Assembly (NCBI RefSeq): GCF_009914755.1
Contig: NC_060935.1
Origin: the human T2T-CHM13v2.0 reference genome, Homo sapiens
DNA length: 64,000 nt
Reading direction: 5' to 3' (one strand)
The notes beneath the pieces are model-generated. The model worked only from the letters and a program-made list of their open reading frames with translations. It did no database searches and was not told the DNA's origin. The stretch's first letter is position 1. The number at the start of each line of letters is the position of its first letter. This document shows, in pieces, positions 13,547-29,498 of the stretch. A program made the position numbers and the translations under genes.

Positions 13547-14903
13547 GCATTTATGAGTGTCAAAAGATGTGGGGAAATATGGCCACAATCCAAAAGACTC
13601 ATAACCTCTTCAATCTGACTGTTCATCCCTCCAATGCAAAACTAACTGATTATTGTATTAAGTCATCATTCCCTTTTCCCCAACACACCTCAGCAATTTT
13701 AAAACCAGTTCTACCTTGCACCCAGAGAATTATTTTAGAATTTACCATGTCACACAATTACTGCCTACTCATCACTAAATATTGTGACTTTGACAATACT
13801 ACCCTTTTTTGAGGGGGAAGAGAACATAATATTTGTAATAAATGAATATTTGTATAAATAAACAAATTTTGAAAGCTGTTTGAAGTTGAGTTTTGTAGAA
13901 TTATCCTACATGAAGTCTATAAGAAGGAAAACTAGAAGATAAGAATTTATCACTGTCAGTTTAGTATTATCCCAGGGAAACAAAGATTATCTATCAGAGG
14001 GTTCTGATCCTCTTTTGTGGGTAGGATCTTACCAGCCTTTGTTAGTGATGAGATAAAATATCCCTGTTGGCTATCAACTTTCTTGTACCTTATTTTTTCC
14101 TGTTCACTAAGAAAGATCCTGATGACTAATTTGGCTTCTCAGGTATCTTGATAGGAGGAAGAGTAAGCTCCAAAAAGTGGCATAAATTCTGGTCCTTGGA
14201 AAGAGGAAGGCATACATTGTAAACCTTACATACCTCAGGTTTTGGTGAGTTCAATTTATGAGAGTCAGTTCTCCAAGTCTGGTCAACCCTGGTGGACTGA
14301 AAAAAAAATGAGTTTCTAGACTTCAAAGCATCGAACAAAAGCCCAGTAAACAGACCAGAGCAAGATATTCAGCTCAGTGAGAACTTGCTTGAATTGCCAG
14401 CCAGTGTATCTTTGTCTCATGTCTTCTTGCTTGAACAAATCTGAATGGTCATACAGAGTGGTCATGTCAGTTGCCACCTGCCAGCTGTTGTGTCATCTTC
14501 ACTGACACAGAAAACTAACTCCCCTCGCCATCCCCACACAACAGCTCTACCCCATGAATAGAATACTTGGCAGCATACACAGCAACTATGCCAGAATGCT
14601 GCAGACATAAAATAGAATCATATTTTCAGGATCTCTGATAATTTCTTCATATATAACATGCCACCTCCTCAGAGTCCACCACCCCTTAAAACAGCCTAGT
14701 TTTAAAGGGACACTTTTTATGCTAAGAATCAGTGAAGGGTTTTAGAAGCATTTAAAAAAATTGAGTACAATTGTGTATTCTTCCTTTGAGTGGAAGGTTA
14801 TATATGGGTACAGTTACAACACCCAGCCCAGCCAGAACTGTATCTCTGAGCACAGTTGATAGTATCTGAAGTTAGAAACTGTGTTCTGAAGGAAGATGAG
14901 CTA

Positions 14904-15293
<390 letters not shown>

Positions 15294-17664
15294 TTACTCA
15301 TTCACATTGCAGACTAAGGCATCCTGGTAGTTTTCTGTCCACTAACCAATTTTTTAATACAGATATTCTGGATTCACTCTTTTTTCTGGGTCTTTCTGGA
15401 TTTTTCCCTATTCTCCAAACAGAATCTTGCTGTCAGTATAGTCTCTGTAATTCTTCAGGGTACAAGTTCCATTGAACTGCATGCATTAACACTATGCTTT
15501 AACTTTAAACAGACCTTTGTCCTTAGAGCAGCTGTCTCTATGAATATTTCATCAGTGAATGTTTACTGGTAACATTTTAAATTCTCCTTTATTTTAAACA
15601 ACTTCCCTGGATCTCTTTGTTTTTTTTTTTTAATTAGAGTTGTCTAATTTTTTCTTAAATCTCTTACTGGAGACCATATTCTAGATATCCTAGGAATATA
15701 TAGGTATAACAAGCAGAGGCTTTCTTTAAGTAGAGATATCAGTGATGATCTGTCTGTGTATTGCTCACATAAAATATCTCCACAAAAAATAATAATTCTT
15801 CTGATAATGGAATAGTGAAGTGTATAAGGCACACAAAGATACAATTCAAGAATAAATCTTCCAAAGAGACAAAAATAGAGGTGCCTCGAGTATCTTTAAA
15901 TATCAGGATTTTGACTGAAGCCACAGGCCTCAAGTTGCTCACTAAACTATGCCTAAAATGTCAAGCTGGACTAAAAAGTCCAGTCTGGTGCTAAGACTAT
16001 CAGTTATGCAATGATAAATATTCCTTCCTTTGAGAACCAAGGTGTCCTCTGAGTCCTAACATGTATATGCTAAATGAGCTATTCAATAGATGTATCCAAA
16101 CCACTGATCCAAATGCTCATGTGGCTTTATGACATGTCACTAGAAATTCCTTTCCAGTTTGAAGTCAATCAATCAGTGTCTTTTAGTTTTTGTCATTTAA
16201 CCAGTTGTCTTTCATATAGTCCAAATATATGCTTCTTGTCTACCAGGATTTCATGAGATCCATACCAGAACCTAAGGTTGTGGGCATGGAAAGCATCAAA
16301 TTTTACTTGTATGTCCCTGGGAGTAATGGTGAGAGGTGACAATCTTATTTCCACATCTTAGTTGTCTTTTCTAGCTACTGAGGACACAGCACAACACGTA
16401 AGTTATTGGTTTAATACATATGTTGCATCTGGCAGGAGAGCTCCCCAATGCTACAGAATATCCCTGAGTTGATGCCTAATGTAAGCCCATCACCATTAAC
16501 CCTAATGACATTTCACCATTTCATAAACTGGATACTTCTGGGGTTGGGTACAGAGAAAGCTAATTGCTGCACTTCCTTTAAGGTACATGGATATCTTTGT
16601 CTCAGGCAATGTTACATGGGACATAATATCAACAGATCAGGCATTCTTAAGTCTAAGAGAAGTGGTGCTGAACAGGGAAGGAAAACTCATATTCAAAGTA
16701 TGACTTGATTATGGTAAGGACAAATAACTACCCTTTCTAGGCTATGTGGAATGTTCTCTGGACTCTAAACCAGGTTAACTCCATAAAATTATACCAATTA
16801 AGTGAAGCAGCTACTTGATAACCTCTACACTCAATTTCCTGCTGTTCTGTGTCCCAGTTAACCACAGGTAAAAGAAGCCTCAGTAATTGTGAGGCCTGCG
16901 TGGCAGAGTTCATAGCTACACTGCTTACCACTTAAGTGGAGTCCTCTGTCCTTCAGATCAGTGAACAATCCAACTCCAAATCCATCATGAGGTTTACTTT
17001 TCCAGGGCCACTGCCAGTGTTGTCTTAGCATGGGTTTCCTAGAAAACAGAATCTGAGGCAAAAACTTATATCCTAACATTGCAGAGTAGAATTTAATGCC
17101 AAGAAAGCAGAAGTAAGGGAAAATGGGAAGTAACACAAGGGAAAGAGGGAGGGCAAACATGATGGGAAGTGCTGGTGAGCTGGCCACCACTCTTAGATAA
17201 TGAACAAAGCTGATGACTTGGCCTCATAGGATATCTTCAGAGAAGCCAAATATAGCATTACTGCACCTTTGAAATAGCTCATGGTTCAGAGACTGGAGGG
17301 GGTGAAGTGGGAAAGAAAGGGAGGAAGGGAGATCCTCTAGTGTCTTCTAGTGTCCTCTCCCATTGATTAATTAAGCTCATCCCATGAGGTGTTACTTCTC
17401 TTGCACTTTTGGGTTGGGTTGTATTGCCTCTTCTTTCCAGGAAGCTGCTGGGGAAGCAGAGCTCGTACTGGTCCCTCCTTCTCAATCAGCTCTATGTCTG
17501 GGGTCATTTGATCTATATGTGTGTGGTTGGAGAGAGGGCAGCTTCAGTGACCTGGCTTTGTGACTATGGGAACTGTGTTAAGGGTACTTGGTTGAAGGAG
17601 GGGTGAATACAAACTGTGAGAAGTAGGTATAGCCATAAGAATCTGGAAGTAATGCATAAATTGA

Positions 17665-18057
17665 GTGTTGCTATAACAGAATACCACAGACTGGGAAATT
17701 TATAATGAACAAAAATTTATTGGCTTATGGTCCTGGAGGCTGTGAAGTCCAATACTGAGGGGAGGGCATCTTGCAGGGGCCTTCTTGCTGTGTCATCCCA
17801 TGGTGGAAGAGAGGATGAGAAAGAGAGAGAATAGCAGGCCAAACTCATCTTTTTATTATGAACCCACCCCAGTAATAATGAACCCATTCCCACCATAACA
17901 GCATTAATCCATCCATGAGGGAAGAGCCTTCATGGTCTAAACAGCTCTCATTAGGCCTCACCTACATTATTAGGCTTTCATTAGGCCTCACCAACATTAT
18001 TGCATTGGGGATTAAGTTTCCAACACACAAACTCTGAGGGACACATTCAAACCATAG
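17665..18057 (-). mobile_element. MaLR LTR (MST-like)
   Basis: gctataacagaataccacagactgggaaatttataatgaac...ggggattaagtttccaacac...acattcaaaccatag. Confidence 0.7.
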
Positions 18058-19657
18058 AACTGCATCTGGTAAAGGCTCAGAAAATTGTGTTGAGAAAATA
18101 TACCTATACCCCATTAGACTCTTTTCTGCCTAGAAATTCCACAGGAATAATCAAGAATACATTTCCAGCCTGTATTCTCATAAAACATTTATACTTCTTG
18201 CATCCCTAGGGCACCTAGCAAAGTGCCTGGCACACAAAATGCTCTAGGCAATTTAGGCTTTAGAAGCCTTTAGAAGCCTTATAATTCTTAGGAAGCTGTC
18301 TCCAGTGTCTGATGGACCCAGTGGACAAATTATCACACTATGGATTTATCTTCTCACAAAGTGTACATATTAGAAAAAAAGAGGAAAAGAAAAAACCTAC
18401 TTTCCATGACATTTAATTGAATTGCCTGGTTCGTTTCTATAACTTAAATCACATAACCTACTGGAAATAATTTTTACCCCACTTGTACACCCTTGACTAT
18501 TTTTTTCCTTGAACATAGAGAAATGTAAACCATTTTCTTATTAGAATAGGACATTTGAATTCATGTGCTTTTTAATAATTCAGAGCTGTTTAATTTTGGA
18601 CTTAAAACAAGCAAGAATATCCTTTAACACAGATTCTATGCTTTGTAGGTAACTTTTATGTTTAGTTTGTGAGGAAAGAATGAAGATTGGAGGTGGTAGG
18701 TGGTAAGAAGAAATCCAAGGGGAAGTAGAGATCTATTAATTGGTATTTGGAAATGGAAGAAAGTTTTTTTGCTTGTTCTTTTTTTTTGAACCACAGAATC
18801 CTGTATTACAATCAATTAACATATTAAAATTGATTATCAGTATTGATAAATTAGTTTTCTTAGTCAATATTTCAGGTGTTTGAGCTATCATTCAGTGAAA
18901 TTCACCCAACATCACTGTTATATCCTTTGAGAATTTATATATTAATATAACAAGTAAAAACAATTACTGGAATGGTTTGGCTAGACTGTGCTAATCATCT
19001 GCAATAATTCATATTAAATAAAGATCTTCACTGTTCTTGGACATGGATGGGTATGTAAGGGAATTACTACATAGTCTATTCAATTAGAACACATGCAGGA
19101 ACTAAGACTCCATTAAATCAACCTCATTCAGGTATTACTCCTTAGCAGCATTTGAAAGGTGTCTTTTTTTTACAGTTTTATTTGGCAAGGATAAACTATA
19201 TGAAAATGGGCATTGTTTATAATTAGCTAACATATTTATTACCTGTAATATGCATGCTTTACAATTATGCATTATCATTCATATGTATAGCTCTTAGGTG
19301 TATGGAAATTGTGAAATAATTGTCTTCAATTTCTATTATTATTTCTATTATTATTATTATTAAAATGATCCTGCTTCAAAGGAACTGCATGCCCTGAGAA
19401 ATAATCAAGCCAGGCTGTTTTAGGGCTTTGCTATTGAATTACCTATTTCGTGTTGAGCACACACTTGTTGCATTGCCAAACTCAAGGTCTAAGGTGCTTT
19501 AATGGTAGACAGAATAGTTGAGATAGAGGATGGAAGAGGGAAGGATGAGCAAGACTTACAAAACTTACAAAAACTCCTGTCTGTTTAGCTATCTAAAATT
19601 CAACCATGAGCTCTATAGTCTTTATGGTTGTTTGAGTGTTGCTCATTGAGTTCTTTA

Positions 19658-20040
<383 letters not shown>

Positions 20041-23000
20041 TTAGCCTCTGTCTTGCATTTCCTGTTTGCCTATTTTAATTGTGAATCCTCTATGGTAAAC
20101 TAGTTTCACCACAGCAGAATGTCTTACCAGTGCCCGTACTGCCACCTTAGGAGGCCTGGAATTGCAATGCTCCTCAGACCACTTGCCAGCTGCTTAGCTA
20201 TATTGCTGGAGCTCCTTTAGGCCATCTCTTCACATCACTGATTTTTTTTTTCTTTTTTGCTAATAGTTATAACTAGATTACTAGGAGCCAGTGTCCCAGG
20301 ATCCTCATATAGCACTGGATTAATACCTTCCCTACTTCTGTTATGACCCAATACTTAGCACTGAATTCCTGTACTGGCCCTCATTGATTGCTGCCTAGCT
20401 GTCTGCTCCATTATCAGGACAGAACTCCAACACTCTGGTTTTCATCCTTCCACAGCGGGAGGGGGAATTTTGGTTTCCAGTTCTCCCTATTTTCTGATTG
20501 GGTGTTGGGGTGAGATCCATACTCTATGACGTGAAATATTTCAGACTCTTGAGTGGTCCCTCCCTCAAGGAAATCCTCCAGGAAAACAGGATTCCTGATC
20601 ACTGTGTTTGACTAATGAGATCTGACACTCAGTACTGATGGCTTCTGGAATTAAAAATGTGAGGCAGTGTCCACCTAGGCACTAGCTTCGACAACCCATC
20701 TCTCTTTTGCCTGTGTCTGTATTTAACTTTAAATTGGTTTTTCGTAATTCCTATTCTGATGTTGCCAACTCAGAGGTTGCAGTCCAGGGCCACCTGGATT
20801 ATGACCAATGTGAAATCTTATGAGAACCCCATGGCAAGTCCTGTGAGAATGAAATGGAAACAGAATAGATAACTTTGGAGAAAAAGACCATCAAAGCATG
20901 TCTGAGAACATTTTGGTTTGTATCATTGGTCTCCAGGGCCAGTCCTAGTGACAACATTGTTCAGAACAGGGCAATTTGTATATACAGCATCTCTCCATCT
21001 TTCATTTTCAAAAGGATTTATTTTTATCCCCAAAATATCTTCCAGTTTATTTGTCCTAAGGATCCCTGCTTCTTTGGCAGTTTTCCGCTGGCCACATTAG
21101 TTGGAAACCTCTCTGAGCACCTCTGCTTGGCTGCCAATCCCTATCTGACTGACAGCATCTAAGAGATGACCTCCTCTGGGAATAAGCAGGAAAATTTCTG
21201 AGGAATAACTAAAAGTCTTGTAGAAAACAAAGCCTTCTTCCAACCACTTACAGTTTTCCTCTAAGTGCTCAGCAAAGAGAAACAGCTTGTGGAAATCTTT
21301 CTCCTTGTGTTTGCCTTTTGAGGGCCAGCAAAATTTTTCTCTTCATTATATAGGACTGTTTGGGTGGAACAGTAACTTAGAGATGTCATCATCTCATGGA
21401 AGGGTCTTGTCTTTAATGGGCAGAGCAGGTGAAGGCCTGTAGAAATGTGAGCACAGTGTAAAAGGATTTTACACTGCAGTGTCAATAATGACAACGTTTT
21501 TAATTGAGAAGAGCATTGCTGTGCATGAGCCAAGAGACTCCTTCTGCAGCTGTTGGGAACCATTTCCTCCAGGACTCATCCTGCTAGTCTGTCATCAGGT
21601 GAGAGTGTCTCTTGGGCTGCCTGCCAGTTCTTGGATGGCTGAAACACTTGCCTGGGTTCTGGCTGCTCACCTCACAGTGCTCTGTGAACAGAGTTGCCCA
21701 GAGTGACTCACACAGAAAACTGTTACCTCATTTTGTTGAATTCCATTGTGTGGGCTGAAGGTTGAGTTTGGCTGGGAGAGAGGAAAGTGAGGACCAGAGA
21801 TGAGGCGACTAATTGACAATCCCAATTATGAAATGACACATGAGAACATCAAAGGTCTTAGAAAGGAAGGTAAGGTGAGGGATTTGCCCTCTATTGGATT
21901 TCTTTTGCTGCAGGGTACTTGTGAGTCACAGACTGAACTGGGGGCAGGCACAGTGAGTTCAAGAGGGTTGATGCAATGATATGAAAATGTTTCAGTGAAC
22001 AACCTCCAGTGAAATCTCACAGGGCATAAGGGTAAGAAATGACTCTCATTTCAACTGAATGAAAAGCAATAACCTTGAGAAACCCCATTACTGAGTGGCT
22101 GTCCTGGTGCTAGTGTAGCTCAGATGCAAGCTGGGCTTTACAAACCCCTTACAAGATAGGGTTAGCTTAAATCCTTATTTCATGCTTTATAGTCTTTGGG
22201 CTCTAGTTTTCATGTGTACTGACTTTGATCCTGCTTCATGTGGGCTCTGAGATAAAATTCAATTCCTTCCTTGATTTCTAAAAAATGTCCAGTTTAACAA
22301 AATAGAAAAAATTATAGTCAATTTTATTAAAGATATGGGGGTTATAGGAAAAGTCACATCACAGCTTGCCAGGTAAAAAAGCTAACTTTTCATATTAGGC
22401 ATTTCTGTTTTTTCAATGTTTTTTGTCTTCATCTAATCCGTAACTACCAAGGCAAGCTTCTCATTTGCTCATCACCTCTGTGAGCACTTAGGCTTCTGCT
22501 GTTTCTACTTTCTCCTACTTTTTTTCACTCATCCCTTCCAGACTGTCCTAAGGGGACTTTAAATTTTCTTCCCTCTATTATGCAGAACAATTCACTTTTT
22601 CCTGACTTCAAATCACAGACTTTGATAACCAAACCCAATAAGGATCCAATAAAACAACGGTAATGATGAATAATCAAAACAAAAAAAAGCAAAAAAGTTT
22701 TTGCACCACTATTATTCATTTAACCAATATTTGCTGAGTGGTTACCATGTCAAGTACTGTTCTAGATACTAACCATCTCTGGACAGAAATTTGCACAGCA
22801 TCTTTACCCTTTCAGGATTTTACCTGATTTCAATTAGAATATCACATTGGTTGCCCTTGGGCCCAGATTTTTGTCTAGTTCTGATTTCTGCAAACAGTTC
22901 CTTCACTCATTCTATCCTGGAAGACAATCTGTGGATGGGTCAGAGAAGTAGTCAACTAAGGAGACCCTGGATTCTAGTTTTGGGGCTGGAGACTTCCTCT

Positions 23001-23122
23001 CTGAAAGTTTCTATGGTGTTTGTCACAGTCTTCAGATATACTGAAGAGATAACCAAAGGACAGTGATGGCCTAGACAAGACTGAATTTGGTCCTCCAAAT
23101 GGATTTAGTTTTCCAAGAACCT

Positions 23123-23432
23123 TCTTTTCTTTCTTTCTTTCTTTTTTTTTTTTGAGATGGAATCTCACTCTGCCACCCAGGCTGGAGTGCAGTGGTAGGG
23201 TCTAGACTCGCTGCAACCTCCACCTCCTGGGTTCAAGCGATTCTTCTGCCTCAGCCTCCCAAGTAGCTTGGATTACAGGTGCCTGCTACCATGACCAGCT
23301 ACCTTTTGTATTTTTAGTAAAGATGGGGTTTCACTATGTTGGCCAGGTTGGTCTCGAACTCCTGACCTCAGGTGATCTGCCTGCCTCGGCCTCCCAAAGT
23401 GCTGGAATTACAGGCATGAGCCACTGCACCCA
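23123..23432 (-). mobile_element. AluS (Sx-like)
   Basis: Full Alu dimer; target-site duplication ccaagaaccttc/ccaagagccttc. Confidence 0.9.
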
Positions 23433-23619
23433 GTACCAAGAGCCTTCTGTAATGACTATGGCTGGGCACCTGGAGAGATAGTTGGCATCACCTAGAATTT
23501 GACATGCCTGTTTGGCATGATTGAGCTGAGGTGGCTATTCATCAAGAGCTTCTTGATTCTTCTTAAAGACCTACAATTGCTATGAAAAAGGCAAATACAC
23601 GTAAATATTGAAAGTGTGG

Positions 23620-24830
23620 CCACTGAAATCTGACTGCTTTATACTTAAACCCTCTCTTACTAGATATGAAATTGGGCTAGTATTTAACTTCTCTATCCTC
23701 AGGTTTCTCAGCTCGAAAGCAAGGATAACAGTATTTACATCATAGGGCTGTTGTAAGGATTGTGTGAAGTTGCATAGTAAGTATTCATAGGCTTCCATCA
23801 GACTTGAGATGTTTATTAACCCAACCTTTATGCTGGACACTCTTCCAGGTACTGGGGTTAAAGTGATGGACAAGGTATTCAAAGAGACTTCTCCCAAGGA
23901 GCTTACATTCTAGTGAAGGAAGACAAATAATATTCAAACAAGTATATTTCAGAGATAATTTCAGAGAATGCTGAGTTCTGTAAGGGAAGTAAAACAGTTT
24001 AATGTCATAAAGAAATTAAAAGGACTTTTTTAGGTAGGTGGGCAGCAAAGGTATTTTTAAAGTAGATGACACTGATTTTTACGCTGAACACTAAAACTTG
24101 GTTCAGCATCACTGATCAGTGATTCAGTGATTTTTGAGCCAGCTCTCAAGAGTGATGACGTGGTATGTGTGTTGAAGCAGTGCCAAAGAAGGGAAGATTG
24201 ACAGGTGAGAGAAAGCTTTTTAGGATGACAAACCAACAAGTGCAAAGGCTCTGGAGTGGGAAAGGTCTTGTTGTTTCAGTTCTAGGATTTTTTAAAAAGC
24301 CAATGTGAGTATATGGGTGAGGGGAGACTGGCATAAGAGGATCCTGGTGAGACAGAGAGGAGCTAGACCACATAAGAAATTATTTAGTGTAGGAAAATGA
24401 TTTAATTTTTAAACCTAACTATACAGATTTGTCAGAAGGGGAGTGACTCAATATAATCTATACTTTTAAAAGATTACTCTGAGAGTCATATGGAGGGGAA
24501 ATTACGTGGGCAACAGTTAAAGCCAGGAGACTAGTTATGAGACTACTGCACTTGTATAGGTAGGAGATGATGGTGGCTTAGTCCAGGAGGTGGAGTCCTA
24601 GTGGAGGTGGAGAGAAAGTGATGGATTTGGGATGTGTTTGGGGGTGAGGGGAATAAAGTTAGTAGGACACACTAGTGGATTGAATATAGACAAGGGGAAA
24701 GGAAGTTATTTGTGCTGCCATTTACTATGATAGGGGAAAGTGTGTATGTGGGGGATCAGATTTGGATGGAAAAACCAAAAATTCTTGTATCGGAAATGGT
24801 TAGAGAGGATTATTAGACATCCACAAAAAG
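23620..24830. mobile_element. MIR followed by L2 fragment
   Basis: MIR core at about 23620-23780, then L2-like tttatt...ccaggtactggg...ggagcttacattctagtg and degenerate L2 body. Confidence 0.6.
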
Positions 24831-26369
24831 TTGTATGTGGCTTACTCGATACTTATTCAAAGGCTTCTTGCATGCAAGCCTTTCTACAGAGGGTAGAAAA
24901 TTTAACACTTGATTTCCCAAGTTCTCTTGAAGCTAGAGTTCCGCACAGACTTAGGTTCTAGAAATCAGAGGCATTTGTGAACACTTGGAAGGCAAAAGTG
25001 AGCACTTGGACATGATGGCTGTTTGAGAGGAGATGGGATATTATGGGAAGTCACTTGGAATCAAAACTGCTACAGGTGAGGAGCAATGGACTTCCTACTA
25101 GAACATTTCCATGATGTGGTTTGTTTTCCTGGATGTTATTTCTGACTATGTGGGATCCAGACCTGACTCCCTGGCCTTTTAAAAAAATTTTGTAAGCTCC
25201 TCAGCATCCTGTCTTTATATGCAGCTAAGCCCCTAGATTATTACAACGCCAAATGTTAACAATTAGCATTATTGTTAATAGTCATACTGCCATCTCCCAT
25301 GATCCTCTTTCGTTTCAGGAGAACTTATGAAAATTTAATTTTAACTCATCAGAAAGAGAATTAAAAACACCTATACACATAAACAAACCTAATTTAATTT
25401 TCTTAATTGATAAACAGAAGAAATTCGTCAGTAATTTCGTGGCTAAGGAAAGTTCCAAGATCCTAGGTTTGAAAAAATAGGGTTTGTCCAACAAGAAATA
25501 ACAGATTGATCCATGAAAACTTATAAATCAGGATTGGGATACTCCCCCTGCTCCCCTTCAACCTTCATCCAGCCTTAGCAAGCAAGTCCTTTCTATATTC
25601 CTTTGAGCTGAGGGCTTCTGTGTGGGTTCTGGTCTTATTGCTGTGAGAGAATAGAGGACACTGAGTTTTCTTTGTGTTTGCCTATTGATTAAAGGGATGC
25701 TGAAGATAACTGTCATTAAGACTGCCAAGGGCCTTCCAGATGCTCTGGGGAAAGGCCTTAAGAATAAGATGGGCTGGAGTAGCCAATGAGGTCACATCAT
25801 CATATAACAGTCTGTTGGCTAATCTTTTGCAACATGATATGGATGGGTAAACTTATTCCTGACTATTTTTAGGGAGGATCAGTAAGCAGTGGCAGTCTCT
25901 TTGTAATTATAATCTGGGCTATAGCAGGCTGTCTCAGTGCTCTGACAGGATTTGCCATTCCTATTTGTATCCATAGTTCTCTACTATAAGACCTATGATT
26001 CTCTGCCTAGGCATTTTCTCTGGCCACAGAAGCTTGGCCGTGCAGGACTGGCTAGATGTGCTGGGGCATCAGCATCCCTGGGAACTACCCCTTAATAATG
26101 ACAGACTGGAGTTGGTGGATAAATAACTTAACACTCCTTGGGTGGGACAATTCTGAGACATGCTCTCTACAGTGTTCCAGAGGGTCTCCGGAGGATAAGG
26201 CCTCAGTTCCCTACAGCAGTAACCTGCTCATGATCATATTCTGTAAAGGCTACCTTTCCTCCTCTGTCTCACTTTCCTGTTTCCTTACCAATGCAACTCC
26301 CAAAGAAATGGTTTGTACTCAAATTCTCATCTTAGGATCTGCTTCTGGAGAAACCCAAAGTCAGATAAC

Positions 26370-26834
26370 GGTTAACATTTATATAGCACTTACTATTGGC
26401 TGCACATTTTTCTAAGAACTTTGTGATTATTACCTTATGGAATCCTCACAACAGCCCTAGGAAATAAGTAATAATATTATCCCTATTTTACAAAACAGGA
26501 TCCAGAACTCAGAAAGTTTAAGCGATTTGCCTATGGTCACATAGCTAATAAATGTGGGAGCCAGAATTTGAAAAACAGTGTGTGGCTCCACAGTCTGCAT
26601 GCAACAACTACATGATACTATAGACCAGTGCTGTCCCAAAGAGTAGCCACTAGCCACATATAGATAATTACTTTTAAATTAATTAAAAATAAATAAAATT
26701 AGAAATTCAGCTCTTCAATTACGATAGTTATATTTCACGTGTTCAAGAGCCACATGTGTCTAGTATCTGTTATACCAGATGGTTCAGATGTGGAACACTT
26801 CTATTATTGCAGAAAGTTCTATTGGACAGCACTG
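26370..26834. mobile_element. MIR plus MER33/MER3-like hAT MITE
   Basis: MIR at about 26370-26600. MITE at 26627-26833 with inverted termini cagtgctgtcc / ggacagcactg. Confidence 0.7.
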
Positions 26835-26923
26835 TTACCCAAGACCCTCTTTTAAATGTATGGTCTTTCTCAAACTTCCTTAACACCACAGAAACAGTGA
26901 AAGAAACTACAGAAACACTCACC

Positions 26924-27238
26924 GGCTGGGCATGGTGGCTCACACCTGTAATCCCAGCACTTTGGGAGGACGAGGCGGTTGGATCATGAGGTCAGGAGTT
27001 TGAGACCTGCCTGACCAACATGGTGAAACCCTGTCTCTACTAAAAACACAAAAATTAGCCTGGCATGGTGGTACGTGCCTGTAATCCCAGCTACTCAGGA
27101 GGCTGAGGCAGGAGAATCGTTTGAACCCGGGAGGTGGAAGTTTCAGTGAGCCGAGATTGCACCATTGCACTCCAGCCTGGATGACAGAGCAAGACTCCGT
27201 CTCAAAAAAAAAAAGAAAGAAAGAAAGAAAGAAAGAAA
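26924..27238 (+). mobile_element. AluS (Sg-like) with (GAAA)n tail
   Basis: Full Alu; target-site duplication aaacactcacc on both sides. Confidence 0.9.
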
Positions 27239-28861
27239 AACACTCACCTATTCAGAAACTTCCTCTATAGAGGCCATAGTGAGAGCTAGAAAAGATAGGA
27301 AAATGGCCTTTGAGTAGCTGCAGTAAATGTCATAATTCAATGCTCTAGACCCCTTTAGCATTCTTCAGCTCTGCATGTAGGAGAGACACCTAGATCCTTT
27401 CCTTAACCTCCTTCCTCCTGATTGGCTCCAGCAAGTTCTATTGAGCATGTTTCTATTGTTTTCCTGATGGCATTAAATTAGAAGGTGAATATTGAGGTAG
27501 ATTGGGCCTGGGGCTAGTGGCAAAGATATTAGAAGAAGAAGAAGCCACCAAAACCCGAAAACATGATCCTGAGATCCTGAGTGTGAAGGAGGCAATGAAC
27601 AACTAAAAATGGTGGATGATGATCTCTGAAGCATGGCAGCTGGGGGCAGCAAGAGTGGAGATAAACAGCCCAGCCAACTCAGGCTTTTACTTAAGACACA
27701 GCACTGTGACTGATGTTCCTTTGATGATGGCTGTGAGTCATCCAGAGAAGGTTAAGAGGAGAGTGTAATGCATTTTAAGAGGGTTTCCATCCAAAGTGAC
27801 TTTTTTAAAAGGTGCATTTTCCACTTAAAGTATGTTTCTCTTACCTGGGAATTTATCTTAGCAAGAACTGTCATTGTCTGAGAGTGTTGAATGAAGCAGA
27901 TTTTACACCAATTAGCTTTACAAGGAAGTTCTTATTAAGGACTTGTATTTCTACCTTTTTTGCAGTGTGGAATAATGCTCTCAGACAGGGAGAGAGAGTC
28001 AATTTGGGTATTGTAAGTCTGAGCCAAGAGAGAATTTTAATCATCTCAGAGAAACCTAACCTGAGTAATTTTTTGACGTCACTCACTGAGTCTATTTATT
28101 AGAGTGATCAGCTTGAGTCTGGGCCACTATGCTTTGCTCATTCTCTGGCAAGCACAGACAACACTAAAAATATTCTGTAGAAGGGACCTCTGCAGGTTAG
28201 ATGTTGGCATCTCTATTTCTCTGGGGTTTGAGGAGAGCAGCCTGCAGGGCATATGGCCTGTGATGGGGAACAGGACTCAGCTGAAGTAGAGTGCCCAGTG
28301 AATTGAGTTTAAATTAGAGGGTTCTGTGAAGATTGTATTTCCACCCTTTAGCCAGTCTTCCTAACTGGCTTGGCAGAAGAGAAGGCAGTGTAAAGACATA
28401 CGTTTCTAGTATAAACTCTATTAAGGTAGATAAATATATCAAGAAGCAAGGACTCTAGAAGTGCTTAGGGCTTTGAGCAATTGGTTGCCTCTGTTGGTAG
28501 GGTTACAAGATAAGCTGAAAGACGGAGCGATTGCAGGACCCAGGATTTCCTTTTAATCTTATGCAGTTAGATGACTGTCCCTCCTTATTCCCAGAAAAGA
28601 CTGGAAGATTACCAGAATGAATGGCAAGACTCTCAACTTCCTTCCTTACTCATCAGCTTATACTCCACCCAACTTCCATCCTATTTCCCTCCATAGGAGA
28701 TTGCAGGAATCCTCTTAAACCAAACAAGAAGCCAAAAGAAGACTTATAGCTACTGATAGTTTAGGGTTCACCTCAATAAAACAGCAAGATCACTTACCAT
28801 CCAATCACTCTATATTCAGGTCCATCAATGGATGACTCTGCCATCCACATCTTCTGATTAG

Positions 28862-29196
<335 letters not shown>

Positions 29197-29199
29197 TAC

Positions 29200-29464
29200 C
29201 TCTTTCTTAAATATAAGTCAGCAGCCCAGGATAACTAGAAATGTAAGAATAGCCTATAATGTGAAAAGAATAAAATAAGAAACATATATTTAATATCTTC
29301 AGAGAGCTAGGAGAGGATGCTGCACCCCACAAATAAAAACAGGAGGCTATAAAAAGTAACATTCTTAGAATAAAATAGCTTTTAGAAATTAAAAATATGA
29401 CCAAAAGAATGAAAAAAATATATACACTTGAAAAAAAACCCTCCCAGAAAGTTGAACAGAGGGG

Positions 29465-29498
<34 letters not shown>

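Noticed and set aside
22098-22112. REST/NRSE-like GCTGTCC-T-GGTGCTA
   Set aside because: Half-site spacing is 1 nt rather than the canonical 2, the last base mismatches, and it is 20 kb from the gene.
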